Shown: in pieces, positions 35,394-49,468 of the stretch | Layout of the letters: each line of letters starts with the position of its first letter | Position numbering within the stretch: the stretch's first letter is position 1 | Source of the DNA: Peribolospora baueri | Lineage: Eukaryota | Reading direction: 5' to 3' | Length of the DNA stretch: 64,000 nt | Assembly (NCBI GenBank): GCA_029717555.1 | Contig: JAMDHS010000004.1 | Span: 186,001-250,000 of the forward strand | Made by a program: the position numbers and the translations under genes | Notes under the pieces: generated by a model | Databases searched by the model: none | Told to the model about the DNA's origin: nothing | Seen by the model: the letters and a program-made list of their open reading frames with translations, nothing else

Positions 35394-38300
35394 ATGGCCG
35401 GCTCTCGCCCTGACACGGCCGTTCCGTCCTTGGACGAGGAGAAGATGGAGCACATTCGAAAGGATGTCGAGGATGCCGATAACGACGACGGCGGCGTCAA
35501 CGTCGAGCGTGCCCACCAGCAGTTCGAGGAGCTTCGCCGCCAACTGAGCCGCGCCAGCAGCAAGCAGCAGACACAGGACGGCCAGAAGGACGTGGAGAAG
35601 GAGGGCAGAAGCTCATCCGAGCCCCAGTCCGAGCTCGCCGACGACGACGAAGTTTTCGACCTCCTCGAGTACCTCCGAACCGTCTCCGCCAAGAACGACG
35701 ACGCGGGCATCAAACACAAGCATGTCGGCGTCACCTTCAAGGACCTCACCGTCGTCGGCGGCGGAGGTCTCAAGATTTTCATCAGGACTGTGAGCAGGCA
35801 CCCCTCTTCGCCTTTTCCTCCGTCCGCGCTTTCTCCTCCGCATCGCTCACGCTTGCTGACGGATGGGCCTCGCTCTTTGTCGTTCCTCAGTTCCCCGACG
35901 CCATCAAAGAGTTCGTCTTGTACCCCCTTATTCTCTTTGGCCAGACCTTCAAGCTCAAGCCTTTCGTCCCTCAGCCGAAGACCATCCTGCACAACTTCCA
36001 TGGCACCGCTAAGCCGGGCGAGATGGTCCTCGTCCTCGGCCGCCCTAACGCCGGCTGCTCGACGTTCCTCAAGACCGTCGCCAACCAGCGCGGAGGCTTT
36101 CTCTCCGTCGAGGGCGATGTCAGATACGCCGGTTTGGAGGCTAAGGAGTTTGATAGGAAATATAAGGGAGAACGTGGGTGACCCTTTTCATGTTCGACTT
36201 GCTGGGGCGGGCCCAAGGTCATGCGATTCATGCCCATGTCCTTCCTCGTGCGCATGTACTGACTTCATCGATCCGCACGCGCGCGCTCCGCCTTACAGTG
36301 GTCTACAACGACGAAGATGACTATCACTTGCCTACCTTGACGGTGGCCCAGACCATTCTGTTTGCCCTCCAGCTCAAAACGCCAGGAAAGCGCCTGCCTA
36401 ACATGTCCGGCAAAGAGTTCAATGAGACGGTCCTCGACACCTTCCTAAAAATGCTCAACATCCAGCATACCCGCAACACCGTCGTCGGGAACGCTTTCGT
36501 TCGCGGCATCTCCGGCGGCGAGCGCAAGCGCGTCAGCATCGCCGAGATGATGGCCACCCGTGGCTCCGTGCTCAGCTGGGACAACACCACCAAGGGTCTC
36601 GACGCGTCAACGGCTTTGGACTACGCCAAGTCGCTCAGGATCATCACCGACATTTACAGGCAGACGAGTGGGTGTGAAGTCTTCTCCTTTTTTGTTTTGA
36701 GATTAGATTAGCGACCATCGTGATGACCAATTTCTCCTTTCTGCGCTCTTCCCAGCGTTTGTATCTTTGTACCAGGCTGGCGAGGGCATCTATGAATGCT
36801 TTGACAAGGTGCTCGTCATCGATGAAGGTCGTCAGGTCTACTTCGGCCCTGTCAAGGAGGCACGCCAGTACTTCATCGGCTTAGGCTACAGGGACATGCC
36901 CCGGCAGACGACGGCCGACTACCTGACCGGTTGCACGGACCCCCACGAGCGCCGGTTCGCCGACGGCAGGGACGCGTCGAATGTGCCCTCCACTCCGGAG
37001 CAGCTTGAGGAGGTTTATCGCAAATCGGACGTTTTCAAGCGCATGTCCGAAGAGACAGAGACCTACTTGACCGAGATGGAACACGACCACGCCGTCCGAG
37101 AAGAGTTCCGTTTGGCCGTCAAGGAGGACAAGAACAAGTTTGTCCACAAGAAGAGCCCTTACACCGTCTCTTTCTTTGTCCAGGTCTGGGCGCTTTTACT
37201 CCGACAGTTGAGGTTGCAGCTCCAGAACCCGTTTGACATCTTTGTCAGCTTTGGGACGGCCATCGGTATCGCTCTCATCACCGGTACTTGTTACTTTAAG
37301 CTTCCTCAGACCGCCGCTGGTGCTTTTACTCGTGGAGGGTGAGCGTCCCTTTCGTCTTTCTCTTGGATCATTCCTGAACGTCGGTGAGGACGACAGTTTG
37401 ACTGATCCGGCTTTTTTCCTTTGCTTCCCATCTCATTTTCCAGTGTCCTTTTCATCGCTCTCCTCTTCAACGCCCTCACCGCCTTCAACGAGCTCCCGAC
37501 GCAGATGCAAGGTCGCCCGATCCTGTACAAGCAGCAGAACTTCTGCTTCTACCGCCCCTCCGCCCTCGCCTTCGCCATGATGCTCGCAGACATTCCGCTC
37601 ACAATCATTAAGATTTTCATTTTCACCGTCATCATCTATTTTATGGCCGGCCTCGTCTACAGCGCGGGCGCCTTCTTCACCGCCTTCCTCCTCATCTACT
37701 TTGGCTATTTGGCGATGAGCGCCTTCTTCCGAAGTCTTGGTGTCATTACGGTCAACTATGACGTCGCGGCCCGTCTGGCATCTGTCCTCATCACCGCCAT
37801 GGTCCTGTACGCCGGGTGAGTCTAGAGCGTCGACCATGTACATGGTCCCTTGGCTTCCTTCGCTCGCTTGCTCGCTTCGTGCGTTTGTCCGTGTTCGTCT
37901 GCTAAAGGCCCTCTATCCCCTCGATCGTCTTTTCGCCGCTCAGATATGTTGTGCCTCGGTTCGCCCAGAAACGTTGGCTCTTCTGGATTGGCTATCTGGA
38001 TCCCGTCCAGTACGGTTTCGCCGGTTTGATGGAAAACGAGCTGGGCCGTTTGAATCTCGCTTGTGTAGGCCCGTACCTCGCCCCTCGGAACCCACCCGGC
38101 TTGACCAAGTATCCAGATACGCTCGGTCCCAACCAGGTTTGCACGCTCGCCGGCAGCACCCCCGGCAATCCGATCGTCCCAGGTCGCGATTATCTCCAAG
38201 CCGCCTTCGGCTGGAGCGCCGGCGATGTTTGGCTTAACTTTGGAGTAGAAGTTATATTTTTCGCCGGGTTCCAGCTGATTACCATGATCCTCATCGAAGT

Positions 38301-40889
38301 CTTCGCGCACGGTGCCAATCACATGGCCATCATGGTGTACAAGAAGGAGGACAAGGAGACGAAGAAGCTCAACCAGCGTCTTCAGGAGCGCAAGGAGGCC
38401 TTCAAGTCCGGCAAGCTCGATCAGGACCTCTCGGGCCTCATCAAGACTCGTCGGCCATTCACTTTCTCCCACATGAACTACACCGTCCCCGTTCCCGGCG
38501 GTCAAAAGCGTCTCCTCCACGACGTCTCGGGTTACGTCAAACCCGGTTCGATCACCGCTCTGATGGGCGCTTCGGGCGCTGGCAAGACCACTCTGTTGGA
38601 CGTGCTTGCTCAGAGGAAGAGCATCGGCATCGTTACCGGCGACCTCCTTGTCGCTGGTCGTCCGATCGGCCGCGACTTCACTCGCAGTACTGCCTACGTC
38701 GAGCAATTGGACGTGAGTCGACCTTGAGAGAGAGCCCCGTCTGTTCGCTTATTCTGTCGGCGTCCTCACCACGTCGCACCTCTTCTTTCTTTTGTCGACC
38801 AGGTCCACTGCCCGACTACCACGGTCAGAGAAGCGCTCCGCTTCTCCGCGTACCTTCGTCAGCCTTACAGCGTTCCTAAGGAGGAGAAGGATGCGTATTG
38901 CGAGGAAATTTTGGAGATCCTCGAACTCCAGGACCTTGCCGACGCTCAGATCGGCTACGGCAGTGGATTCGGTCTCGGTGTGGAGGCGAGGAAGCGACTA
39001 ACCATTGGCAAGTCGATCGTCTTCTCGTCGCGTCGTCGCTGAACGGCCGAAGGCTGAACGAGGTCCGATCTTCTTTTCGATTCATACCAGGCGTCGAGCT
39101 GGCGGCCAAGCCGCAACTGCTGTTGTTCTTGGATGAGCCGACCTCGGGACTGGATGGCCAGTCCGCGTACGCGATCGTCTACTTCCTTCGAAAGCTCGCC
39201 GCGGCCGGGCAAGCCATTCTTTGCACCATCCACCAGCCGAACGCCCTCCTCCTCAGCCAGTTTGACCGCCTCCTCCTCTTGCAGCGCGGAGGTGACGTGG
39301 TCTACTTCGGAGACGTCGGCGAAGACGCCAAGGACCTCATCAAGTATTTTGCCGACCACGGTGCCTTCTGCCCACCCAACGTCAACCCGGCCGAATACAT
39401 GCTCGACGCGATCGGTGCTGGCTCGCAGAAGCGGGTCGGCCCGCGCGACTGGGCCGATGTGTACCGCGACTCGGAGCTTTACAAGCAGAACCTGGCGGAG
39501 ATTGAGCGTATCAATACCGAGGCGCTACAGACAAAGTTAGAGATCGATCCGGACCAGGAGAGGGAGTATGCCACGCCTCTTTGGTACCAGCTCAAGGTGG
39601 TCGTCCAACGGACCCTGGTCTCGTTCGACCGCATGCCCGACTACGGCTTCACTCGCTTGTACGCCCACATCGCCATCGCTCTCTTCACGGGTCTGACTTT
39701 CCTCAACCTCGGTAACAGCACAGCCGACCTCCAGTACAAGGTCTTCACCGTCTTCATGAGCACGATCATGCCGGCGCTCGTTCTTGCCCAGGTGGAGCCA
39801 CGGTATATCATGGACCGAATGGTGTTTTTGCGCGAGGACGCGAGCAAGATGTACACCCAGCTTGTGTTCGGCATCGCCGAGATCATCTCCGAGACGCCCT
39901 ACTCGATCATCTGCGCGCTGGCGTTCTGGATTCTTTACTACTACCCTGCCCACTTCAACTTCGAGTCCGGGAGGGCGGGCTACGCCTTCGCCATGATCCT
40001 CGTCACTGAGCTTTACGGCGTCACCCTCGCCCAGGCCATCTCGGCGTGCACTCCGTCCATGTACATCGCTGCCATGCTCAACCCCTTCATGTTGATCATC
40101 GTGAGTGCCCCGCTCCCCTCGCGCCCGTGTTTCTCCGACCTGCATACTAACTGCTCTTCCTTGCGCCATGGCATACCAGCTGTCTCTCTTTTGCGGTGTC
40201 ACCATCCCGAAACCCAACCTGCCCAAGTTCTGGAGGGTCTGGCGTGAGTGTCGCCTTCCTGTCCCGCTTCCAAGAGATTTTCCGAATTGGAAAGAAACAG
40301 TCCAGAACTGATATTGTTCTCTCTCCTCTCATTTCAGTCTACCCGCTGAACCCCTTCACGCGCTTGATCTCCGGCCTTATTTCTACCGAGCTCCATGGTC
40401 TCGAAGTCGTTTGCAAGCCGTCCGAGTTTTCCGTCTTCCAGCCTCCCTCCGGTCAGACTTGCACCAAGTGGGCGGGAGAGTTTGTCGACGCCTATGGAGG
40501 TTACCTCAATAACCCGAATGCAACCACGGACTGCCAGTACTGCCAATACAGGTCCGGGGATGAGTTCTACAGTCCGTTGGGTGAGTTTGGCCTTTTTCTC
40601 CCATCGATGCCATGTCCCCGGGCTGGCTTCGCTGTCGGGAAGCTGAGTCCGTCCGCACTTTTCCATGTCTTCAGGGATCTCTTTCGATGAGCGTGGGCGT
40701 GATATCGGCATCTTCATTTGTTACGTGGCTTTCAACGTGAGTCTCGACCTCTCCCTCCTCCCTGCTGTCCCCGCGTTTCGCTCGTTGTCATTGCACCCCG
40801 CTGACAGGCTCGCGTCGCTGCGATCTGTCGTTCGACAGATCATCGTCGTGTTGGTCGCGTGCAAGTTCATCAAGTGGGGCAGGCGCTAG
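35394..40889 (+). CDS. Full-size PDR/ABCG multidrug ABC transporter (Snq2-like, NBD-TMD x2), multi-exon
   Basis: Degenerate Walker A GRPNAGCST, ISGGERKRVSIAE, LYQAGE, ALMGASGAGKTTLLD, LGVEARKRLTI|GVEL, LLFLDEPTSGLD, ILCTIHQP, NPAEYML. Confidence 0.96.
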
Positions 40890-41497
40890 CTGTACCCCTC
40901 ATAGCACTCGCGGCTTCTCCGGGGAGCGATGTGACCATCGCCTATGCTTCTAAACCGTTGTCTCACGCAAGGCTGCTCCCATCCGCGGACAATCTCTCGT
41001 TGCTCCTTCATTAGATTTGCTTCATCATCGTATTTCCATTGAAAAAGTCGCCGAATTTGTCGGTCATATAAGCAAAAAGGATGAGAATCACAGACCGTCG
41101 TTCGTCCTTCGGGAGCCCCACGCCCGTGATTCGATCGCCTGCGTGTCCGACCGCAACCGGTTCGTTCCGGCGATCAGCAGATCGGCTCGGGCCGGGTAGG
41201 AGGGGCAGACCGGTTCGCGGAGCGCCGGTGCGGGTCAATTGTCACGAGCTTCCGAAACGCTGCGCGGGGGAGGACGGGCGGGGTACGTGGCGACCGACAT
41301 GGGCAGGCCGAGTTCAAATACCAAGCAATTTCTTTTCGCCGCCTTCTCTGACTCGTTCCCCTAGATTTAACCCAACGCTTCTCGCCGAGTCGCCTTCAAT
41401 CCCCCTGCGCTCTTTCTCTTCCCCACATATAGTCTCGCTCGGCGCGCTTGAACGGACTCACCGACTTCTTTAGAACCCGCCTCCTCAGTCAGCCACC

Positions 41498-43986
41498 ATG
41501 TCGCTCGACGCAGAAGCTCGCGCTTTCCAGCAAGAGGTCGAACAGGTCAAGCAGTGGTGGAAGGTGAGAGAAGCGAGAGAGCGAGCGTCGGCGGCGCACC
41601 GGAACTGGACCGACGTTCGCACTCACTGAAATGTACGGTCCCGTGTTCGCCACTTCTCGCGGCAGTCTCCCCGCTTCGCTCGTGTGACCCGACCGTACAC
41701 CGCGGAGGATGTCGTCTCCAAGAGGGGCACCCTCCCTCAGACGTATGCTTCTGACATTCAGGCCAAGAAGCTCTGGGCCATCCTCGAGCAGCACCAGAAG
41801 AACGGCACCACCAGCCCGACGTACGGAGCGTGAGTGGAAGAGTGGCGACAACAGCGGATGAAAGTTCGCAACCCGATCGGCCTCGCTCATATGACGATCC
41901 GGGTGCTTCACCGGCGCAGTCTTGACCCCGTCCAGATCACGCAGATGGCCAAGTCTCTCGAGACTGTTTACGTCTCCGGCTGGCAGTGCTCATCCACGGC
42001 CAGCAGCACGAACGAGCCTGGTCCGGACCTTGCCGGTGAGTTGGGGAGCCCCTTCCGCTCGCCCACCTAGTCTGGCATCGCTCGACACTCAACCTCGCTT
42101 CCCCGCCTCGCCATGTGCGGCCATCTCAGATTACCCGTACAACACCGTCCCCAACAAGGTCGAGCACCTCTTCATGGCTCAGCTTTTCCACGACCGCAAA
42201 CAGCGCAACGCGCGCACCCAGATGTCGGCCGAGGAACGGAAGAAGACGCCCTGCGTGGACTACCTCCGTCCTATCATCGCCGACGCTGACACGGGGCACG
42301 GCGGCCTGACGGCTGTGATGAAGCTCACCAAACTCTTCGTCGAGAAGGGCGCCGCAGGGATCCACATCGAGGACCAGGCGGCAGGGACAAAGAAGTGCGG
42401 ACACATGGCGGGCAAGGTGCTCGTTCCGATCAGCGAGCACATCAATCGGCTCGTGGCGATTCGGTTGCAGTACGACATCATGGGCGTCAACAACCTCGTC
42501 GTCGCACGCACCGACTCGGAGGCGGCCACGCTCATCACCACCAACGTGGACGAGCGCGACCACGCGTTCATTCTCGGCTGCACCAACCCGCATCTGGAGC
42601 CGCTCGTGGACGTCATGACCCGCGCCGAGCGCGAGGGAAGGAACGGCGAGGCCCTGCAGGTGATCGAGGACGAGTGGTCGTCCAAGGCCGGCCTCAAGCT
42701 CTTCGGACCCGCTGTGGCCGACTTCCTGCGTTCCAAGGGCGTCGCGCAGTCCAAGATTGACAAGTTCCTTCGCGATACCGCTCATGCCTCTCACGGCGCC
42801 GCTCGCAAGGCGGCCGCCGCGCTTGGAGCGGACGCGAAGAACGGCTTCTTCTTCGACTGGGACCTCCCCCGCACCCGAGAGGGCTACTATCGCTACCAGG
42901 GTGGCACGCAGTGCGCCATCAATCGGGCCGTCGCGTTCGCCCCTTACGCAGACCTCCTCTGGATGGAGACTGCCAAGCCGATCCTCGCCCAGGCGCAGGA
43001 GTTCGCCGCGGGCGTCAAAGCACCGTTCGAAAGGGCCGGCAAGCCTGTCCCTTGGCTTTCCTACAACCTCAGCCCGAGCTTCAACTGGGACGCCGCCGGG
43101 CTGAACGAGCAGACGATGGCCGAGTACCACCGGCAGCTCGGCAAGTTTGGATTCGTCTGGTGTTTCATCACCCTTGCTGGATTGCACACCAATGCCGCGG
43201 CTTCGGCCGAGTTCGCCAGTGCGTTCGCCAAGGTGAGTCGAAATTGGGTGGCGGCAAGTCGGGGAAAAGACGATCGGCTTCAGTGACCATGCTGACTCGT
43301 GCGTTCGTCCTTTTTTCTTTACCTACGTTCTACTTTCACAGGACGGCATGAAGGCATACGTGACCCGTAAGTCTTTATCCTTACTCGTCTCGCCTATGTC
43401 CAAGACGAGTCGTTTATCATCCTGTCCCTTCCCTCTGCCTCGGATCCTACGCAGTCGTACAACGCAAGGAGCGCGCTCTTGGGTGAGTTCGACGGTGCCG
43501 CTCCTCTCTGGAACGCTCGAACGATGCCTCTGATCGCTGGTCGTTCCCACCGTCGCACCTTCACTTTCTCCGCACGTAGCTGCGACGTCTTGACGCACCA
43601 GAAGGTGAGCTCTCCTCTCCCTCGGCACTCTCTTCGGCCTCCTCGCCGCCTCTCTGGACGTTTGACTGACAGACAGTCTGGCCATGTCGCTCTCCCTCCG
43701 TGTCTCCGCTTTCCGCCGCCCTTCTTGCCTGCAGTGGTCCGGCGCCGAGCTGGTAGACAAGACGCTGATGACCGTCACAGGCGGCGTGTCTTCCACGGCC
43801 GCCATGGGCAAGGGGTGAGTGAGATGAGCCCGTCCGTCGGTCGGCCTGGCGCCGGTCTAGTGTAGAATGGAGGCGGAAGGGAGACGCTTGTTGGCGCCGA
43901 CTCACTCGCCCCTTTGGATGCCTTTATTTCGCTTTCTCCCGTCGCCGGACAGCGTTACCGAGTCGCAATTCGGCAGCAAGCTTTAA
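41498..43986 (+). CDS. ICL1: Isocitrate lyase with C-terminal PTS1 (SKL), multi-exon
   Basis: [37 protein letters not shown], catalytic [39 protein letters not shown]. Confidence 0.97.
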
Positions 43987-45542
43987 ACTCGCCCACGCTC
44001 GAAGACAGACAGGCTCCACTCGCAGTCGTCCTCGTCCGCCTCTTCGCCCGCTCGTCCAATGTCCCTCGCTGCGTTCCTACCCGTGTATCTACCCGACCTA
44101 CAGTGTTTCAGTGTATCATGCGTTCGCCCTGGACGTGTCAAAATATCGTCCATGCCGGCCGCGCGGAATGAAGCTAGATAGATCATGATGACGGATCGAC
44201 GACCGACGACGGCTGACGTCGCTTGAAAGACTCGGACGGGTAAATTCGCCCATCGGACGTCTTATCGCCAGGAGTCGGGTCGAAACAGCTCGCGTGAAGG
44301 CCACGTGCAGCCGGAAAGCAGAAATGACGCGATGCCGGGGAAGGCGGAGATAAAGTGGGGATGACGGAAGAGGGTGCCGGGATTGGCGGTCGAGCACGCC
44401 ATTCGATTTCTCTTCGACACCATCTCGTTGCCCGACGACGTCTATCAGATCACGCCTCCCTCCGCCCAGCTGGGTCCGGGTTCGTGTTTATTTTTAGGCC
44501 GGTCCAAGGCTGGGTTACATTCGCTTTCTACTTCTCGTAACCAAAGTTAGCGACGGGTTTGCATCCTCCGCCGCCGTCCGGCCAGGCGACGGATCGGATG
44601 GGCCTGCGTGCGGGTCGCGCGGGATCGCACAGCGGTCACCATCGCCTCGCTGTCTATGATCAGGTTTCTTCCTTTCCTTTCCTTTCGTTTCTTTTCCTTT
44701 CTTTTTCTCTCCTGGACTAGGCCCTGACACAGTCAATGTAGTCAGGCACGCTTTGCTCCGTGTCACGTCACTCACCCGCTCCCGAAGCATTACGCGCGAG
44801 AGGGCCATGCCATGTTGCATGACAAGACGGCGGGCCACCATCCGAAAGCTCGCCTTTGCTCATCTCTAACCTCCACCGTCGTCATCAACCACCAACCCCT
44901 CTCCATCCTCTCTCCCCCTCCATCTCGTCGCATTCTTATCCTCGCTCGCAGGATCGAACGCCCGTCTGGCTGGCTTTTCGCCACCTTGGAGCTTGACGTA
45001 CCCTCCCTTTCGTCTTCTTCGTTCCCGCAGCTGCCTTCTTTATTCTCCGTTGTCGTTCGTCTCGACCATAGATCTCCCCGCTTCGTCTCGAGCATTGAGC
45101 CTCCAAGTTCGCCTCGTGTGGACGCTTCGCCGCCTTGACTTCGATTGCCGCTATCGGTCTCGTTTCCAACCGTTCGGGTCGGACAGCAACTATCGCGACG
45201 ATCTGAGGAACGTAATTCGTCGCACCCTCTTCTTCGCACTTTCCGCCATCCCCCGCCTCCGCCTCCATCGCCCTGTGCCTAGAACGGAAAAGGTCGCATA
45301 AAAGCAGCACTGGTCGTGCGCCCTAGACGCACTCTCGCTTTGCCTATATTTTCCCAGCTCTTCCCCGCCACGCCTCCTCCGCCATCGGCCTCAACGCCGC
45401 TGTCGCGCGCCGTCAGCTCTCCATATAACTGGCGAAGAGCTGTTCGCATCACGACGCCCACCTTCAACACACGCCTCCTCGCCCAGTCAACCCTTTTCTC
45501 GTCCTTCAACCGTGCTCGGGTCTTCTCCTTCGACACCCCATC

Positions 45543-48479
45543 ATGTCACCCTCTTCGCCCACTCCGCAGAAGTCCATCGCCGACACCGAGCCACCTGCCT
45601 ACGAGCGCCCGTCCATCCCCGCCCGGATCGTTGATGGGTGGAAGTGGATTATCGGATATGATCAAACGCCGGCCAACCGGCTCGGAGTGCAATCTGTTAC
45701 CACTTGGGACTACGTCCGCGACAGTAGCTCTGGAGGCGGCAATTTGGTACGTGTCCGTGCCACTCTGATTCGATGAAGAACCGTGAATGGAGAGGCTCTC
45801 GATTGCGTTCTGGTCTCCCTCGCTGACGTTCGTCTCTCTGCTTTCCTCGTCCACCTGTTAGATCCTCGAGTACCTTCGTTCCCTGTTCCCCTTCTTTCGG
45901 TGGATCACTCGCTACAACAGAAAATGGCTCCTCGGCGACCTCATCGCAGGCATCACCGTCGGTCTCGTCGTCGTCCCTCAGTCCATGTCCTACGCTGGCA
46001 TCGCCACGCTTGACGCCCAGTACGGCCTCTATTCTTCCTTCATCGGCGTCTTCGTCTACGCTCTCTTCGCCACCTCCAAGGACGTCACCATCGGCCCCGT
46101 CGCCGTCATGAGCTTGCAGACCGCCCAGGTCATCAAGACCGTTCACAGCACGGCTGGCGGAGAGAAGTACACCAACGCCGAGATCGCCACCGCCCTCGCC
46201 TTCATCTGCGGCTTCATCGTCCTCGGCATCGGTCTGCTTCGGATCGGTTGGATCGTCGAGTTCATCCCTGCGCCCGCCGTCTCTGGCTTCATGACCGGAT
46301 CCGCGTTCACTATCGCCGCCGGTCAAGTTCCAGGTCTTCTCGGCACAAACAACCTCTTCGAGTAAGTTCGCTGGCCATACACCGTACCACTTCACCATTC
46401 TGCTCTCGTGCCGCCTCGCTGATTTTGCCCCTTTCTTTGTCATTGGAAGTACGCGTTCCGCGACGCACCTCGTAATCATCAATACTCTCAAGCATCTGCC
46501 CCAAACGAACTGGAACGCGGCCTTCGGTTTGCCCGCGCTCGCTTTCCTCTACATCGCCCGCTCGGGCCTCAACTGGGCCGGCCGGAGATACCCAAAGACG
46601 GCACGGCTCACCTTCTTCGCTGTCGTGTTGCGCAACGCGTTCGTCATCATCGTCTTCACCATCGCGAGCAGGCTCTGGTGCGGACAATACTCTTCCAAGC
46701 ACTACCCCATCCAGATCCTCAAGACTGTACCTCGCGGTTTCCAGCACGTCGGTCCTCCTGTCATCGACTCGAAGCTACTCAGCATGATGGGCTCTCAGCT
46801 TCCCGTCTCCTGCATCGTCCTCCTCCTCGAGCACATCGCCATCTCCAAGTCCTTCGGCCGCCTCAACAACTACAAGATCAATCCCAACCAGGAGCTCGTC
46901 GCCATCGGCGTCACCAACACCGTAGGTTCCGCCTTCAACGCCTACGCCGCCACAGGATCCTTCTCCCGCAGCGCCATCAAAAGCAAATCCGGCGTTCGCA
47001 CTCCCGCCGCCGGCTGGATCACCGGCATCGTAGTACTCATCGCCTTGTACGCCCTCACTGGCACGTTCTACTGGATCCCCAACGCCACTCTGGCTGCCGT
47101 CATCATCCATGCCGTTGGCGATCTGATCGCGAGCCCGAGGCAGATCTACAAGTTCTGGCAGGTCAGCCCGTTCGAGTGTGAGTACCTTTTTTTTTTTTGC
47201 TTTCCGAACGTACGCGTCCGAGCCGAGTCGTCTCTCTTTCTGCCCTTACCGAGGCGCAAGCTGACGGCGATTTGTTTTCAAACTCTTCGGCCCGCCGGCA
47301 GTTTTCATCTTCTGGGCTTCCGTCTTCGTCTCTATCTTCAAGTCGCTCGACTGGGGCATTTACGTCTCCGTTATCGCCTCCGCCATCCTCCTCCTCGTCC
47401 GCATCGCCCGCCCCCGTGGAGCGTTCCTAGGCCGTGTGCGCGTGTATCACTCGGACGACGAACGGAAGGTCCGAAGCGTCTTCGTCCCTCTCACCCCATC
47501 CGGTATGACTCACCCGCACATCAACGTTGAAGCTCCGCCGCCCGGCGTGATCGTCTACCGATTCGAGGAGGCGTTCACCTACCCTAACGCCGCCTACCTC
47601 ACCGACGTCATCCTTGACAAGGCCAAGCGGGTCACCCGGCCGGGTAAGTCGGCCAAGTACGCCAACAACGGTGACCGTCCGTGGAACGATCCGGGCCCGA
47701 ACCCGCCCTGGGTACGCAAGGTGGGCGGCTGGTTCACGTTCGGCCGGAAGCGCGAAGCGGTCAAAGAGGCAATCGCGGAAGAAAGCGAGGAGGAGGACCC
47801 GCGACCTCTGCTTAAGGCGCTCGTGCTCGATTTCTCCGGCGTGAGCAACGTGGACACCACCTCCGTCCAGGCGCTCATCGACACGCGCAAGGCACTCGAG
47901 CTCTACGCCGACGCCGAGGTCGAGTTCCACTTCGCCAGCATCCTTTCGCCTTGGATCAAGCGTGCCCTCCTCGCCGGCGCCTTTGGCACCGGCACCCCTC
48001 ACCATGCCCGACCCATCGAGGTTGCCGCCGTCGTGCCCCAGCGAGACGCTGTGTCGGAGGAGACGCGACTGCAGCGAGAACGCGAGGCGCTCATCCGAAG
48101 ACAGAACAGTCGCGCGGCTGCCCGCGCGGCCGCGGATGAGGCGACGTTCGTCCCTCCGAGCGACATGGAAGACGTCGAACGGCTTGAGACGCGATGGAGG
48201 GATCGCGCGGGCGATGTCGAGGCTGGGGCGCGCCTGGACATGGATCGACGGCCGGGCATCGTGATGGAGGAAGAGGACGAGCCGGCCGTGTACTCGGTCA
48301 GCATGGACGACGACAAGAGCCGAGGCGAGGCGGGAGCAGACGGGTCGCCGGAGGGGGCGGGCGCGCTGAGCGTCGCCAGCAAGACTGTCCCCGTCCTCGC
48401 CGAGTCGAACCTCACGCCCTTCTTGCACTTCGACCTCGAGAGCGCCGTAGAGGCCGCCGCGGGATGTCGCTGGCTCTGA
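45543..48479 (+). CDS. Sulfate permease (SulP/SLC26) with STAS domain, 4 exons
   Basis: GDLIAGITVGLVVVPQSMSYA, FATSKDVTIGPVAVMSL, LLEHIAISKSFGR, NPNQELVAIG, ATGSFSRSAIKSKSGVRTP, DRPWND, LVLDFSGVSNVDTT, FLHFDL. Confidence 0.95.
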
Positions 48480-48561
48480 GCTCGCTTCGCTTTCCGTCTC
48501 CTTCCTTCGTCACACGTTCCCGTCCCATCCTTTCTCTCATTCTGACCCGACGCACAGAACC

Positions 48562-48565
<4 letters not shown>

Positions 48566-48607
<42 letters not shown>
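48566..48607 (+). repeat. Genomic poly(A) tract, 42 nt
   Basis: Uninterrupted A run 86 nt downstream of the sulfate permease stop. Confidence 0.95.
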
Positions 48608-48609
<2 letters not shown>

Positions 48610-49468
48610 TCCATGTCGCCAACTTTGTTTGCGCCGCATTTGTATACCATACCATTTAGTCATCTACCCATCTGCTTGCTCGCCCTTCGCCTTCTCACGC
48701 CAACGTAACAACGAAGCGCTTCCGGAGCGCGCACAATTTTCTTTTTTTTTTCTTGTTTTTATCTCCGGTCCGATCGACGCCCATCGCCCTTCTGTCCATA
48801 CAAGTTCGTGTGACGAAACGAAATCTGGACATTTGTCTGGTCCTTCACAAACTTGCCTCGCTCGCTCCCTCGCTAGGAATCGCACGTTCCTGGTCAGGTC
48901 GATCGGTCGGACCGATTGTCTGAGATGGAGGGATGGATATGTTGGAGTGGGGAGACCCAGACAGCCGGAATCTGATCTTTTCCTTCTCGCTCGACGAGGG
49001 AGGGACTCGACTCGACTCGACCAGTCAGTCGTCTTTCTCCTCCCTCGTCCCAGTAGGTGCGTTAACCGGACGGACGACGACGACGACGACGAGTCGATCC
49101 AGATCGAACCAGCTCTTGAAACCGTCGACAATCCTTCCGACTTGGGCGTCTAGCACGAAGAAGCGAGAACAAACACGTGACCAAAGTCGCATTCTCTATA
49201 TAGCCTGACATTTCTCCCCCGATTGGGCGAAAATATATATCTATCTCACACGACGGAAGCTCGGCAGTGCAGTCCTATCTGTCCGACGACGGACCGATGG
49301 GTCCCCTGGGACAGACAAGACAGACTCGTTCCGAGTTTTTGTCACCCTGTAAGACCGGATAATACGCGGCGGCGGCAGCAGCGGCTGGCTCGCGCAGATG
49401 CGAGTCGTCGTCAAGGTAGGGCAGGAGGGTAGCGAGGGTAGAGAAGAGATGCTACGGCGGTTGAACGC

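Noticed and set aside
40982..40989. Perfect PDRE-like TCCGCGGA
   Set aside because: Lies downstream of the ABC transporter, is a single copy, and is expected by chance at this GC content.
44290..44830. CACGTG/TCACGTCA/ATGACGCGAT motifs upstream of the sulfate permease
   Set aside because: Only partial matches to Cbf1/CYS3 consensus; not distinguishable from background.
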